DNA from: an uncultured Gemmatimonadales bacterium
Lineage (GTDB): Bacteria; Gemmatimonadota; Gemmatimonadetes; Palauibacterales; Palauibacteraceae
Direction: 5' to 3'
Length of the DNA stretch: 64,000 nt
NCBI GenBank assembly: GCA_963783385.1
Contig: CAWANJ010000009.1
Location: 224,001-288,000, forward strand
Positions 63,466 through 64,000 of the stretch are shown here, one piece after another. Position numbers and translations under genes: made by a program. The notes beneath the pieces are model-generated. The model was not told where the DNA came from. It did no database searches and saw nothing but the letters and a program-made list of their open reading frames with translations. Position 1 is the first letter of the stretch, and each line of letters opens with the position of its first letter.

Positions 63466-64000
63466 GTCGGCTCCCCGAGCTCGGCGAGCAGCCGCTTGAG
63501 CGCCGGGGCGCGCTCCACGGTGGTGACAAGCGTCTCGCCGCCGCTCCGCACGACGACCAGTCCCTGGACCCCGAACATCGTGATGCGGCCGTCCTCCGAC
63601 CACAGGACGTTGCCCTCTGACTCGATCAGCCGTCCCGGTCCCACGACCACGTTGCCGTGCTCGTCCGCGGGCAGGGTGCGCAGGAGCGCGCTCCACACCC
63701 CGAGATCGTCCCATCCGAAGGTGGCCCGGACGACGCCCACGGCGGGCGCGCGTTCCATGACCCCCACGTCCACGCTCACCGGCTCGACGGCGTCGAAGTA
63801 GCCGTCCACGTCGCCGGCATCCAGCCGATCGAGCGCGGAGGCGATCTCCGGTGTGCGGTCGCGGACGACGTCCAGGAAGTCGGCCACACGCCACACGAAC
63901 AGGCCGGTGTTCCACAGGTAGTCGCCCGAGGCGACGTACCGGGCGGCCCGATCCTGGTCCGGCTTCTCCACGAAGGCGCGTGCCTCGAACGTGCCCTCCC
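63462..64000 (-). CDS. manC: mannose-1-phosphate guanylyltransferase (3' part; runs off the window)
   Basis: FVEKPD, YLWNTGLF, SVDVGVME, GWDDLGVW. Confidence 0.9.
   Translation of the reverse strand, partial: EGTFEARAFVEKPDQDRAARYVASGDYLWNTGLFVWRVADFLDVVRDRTPEIASALDRLDAGDVDGYFDAVEPVSVDVGVMERAPAVGVVRATFGWDDLGVWSALLRTLPADEHGNVVVGPGRLIESEGNVLWSEDGRITMFGVQGLVVVRSGGETLVTTVERAPALKRLLAELGEPT

Overview
A very GC-rich, gene-dense bacterial chromosomal window made almost entirely of housekeeping and metabolic genes. The gene order (HIT-mutS2-dnaG-Zn ribbon-recJ-rsmD-coaD-pta-rsmA-rex) suggests Gemmatimonadota, but this is inference only. From 0 to 12 kb (minus strand) lie a GH15 glucoamylase and a pentose-phosphate operon (tkt, rpiB, tal-pgi fusion, HAD phosphatase, short-type gnd, zwf, pgl). 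From 12 to 24 kb (plus strand) lies a divergent GlgE-type alpha-glucan/trehalose cluster (glgE, treS-maltokinase fusion, malQ, glgB, GH57/DUF3536). From 25.7 to 61.4 kb (plus strand) is a long core-gene run, including a rex gene with a perfect Rex operator heading arcA and acyl-CoA/amino-acid catabolic genes, two tRNA-Met genes, and lipid/isoprenoid genes. From 61.4 to 64 kb (minus strand) are manC (partial), a GlmU-like gene and an MBL hydrolase. I found no mobile element, CRISPR array, defence system or clearly new multi-gene machine. The best leads are: (1) cofactor-site residues suggesting an NAD-linked, cyclic oxidative PPP coupled to alpha-glucan turnover; (2) a Rex-autoregulated operon with an orphan arginine deiminase; (3) a two-gene module of small unknown proteins with its own promoter; (4) three single-base frameshifts (glgE, coaD, thiolase), most likely sequencing errors. 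All calls come from motif recognition by eye and no searches were run. Start codons are my best estimates.
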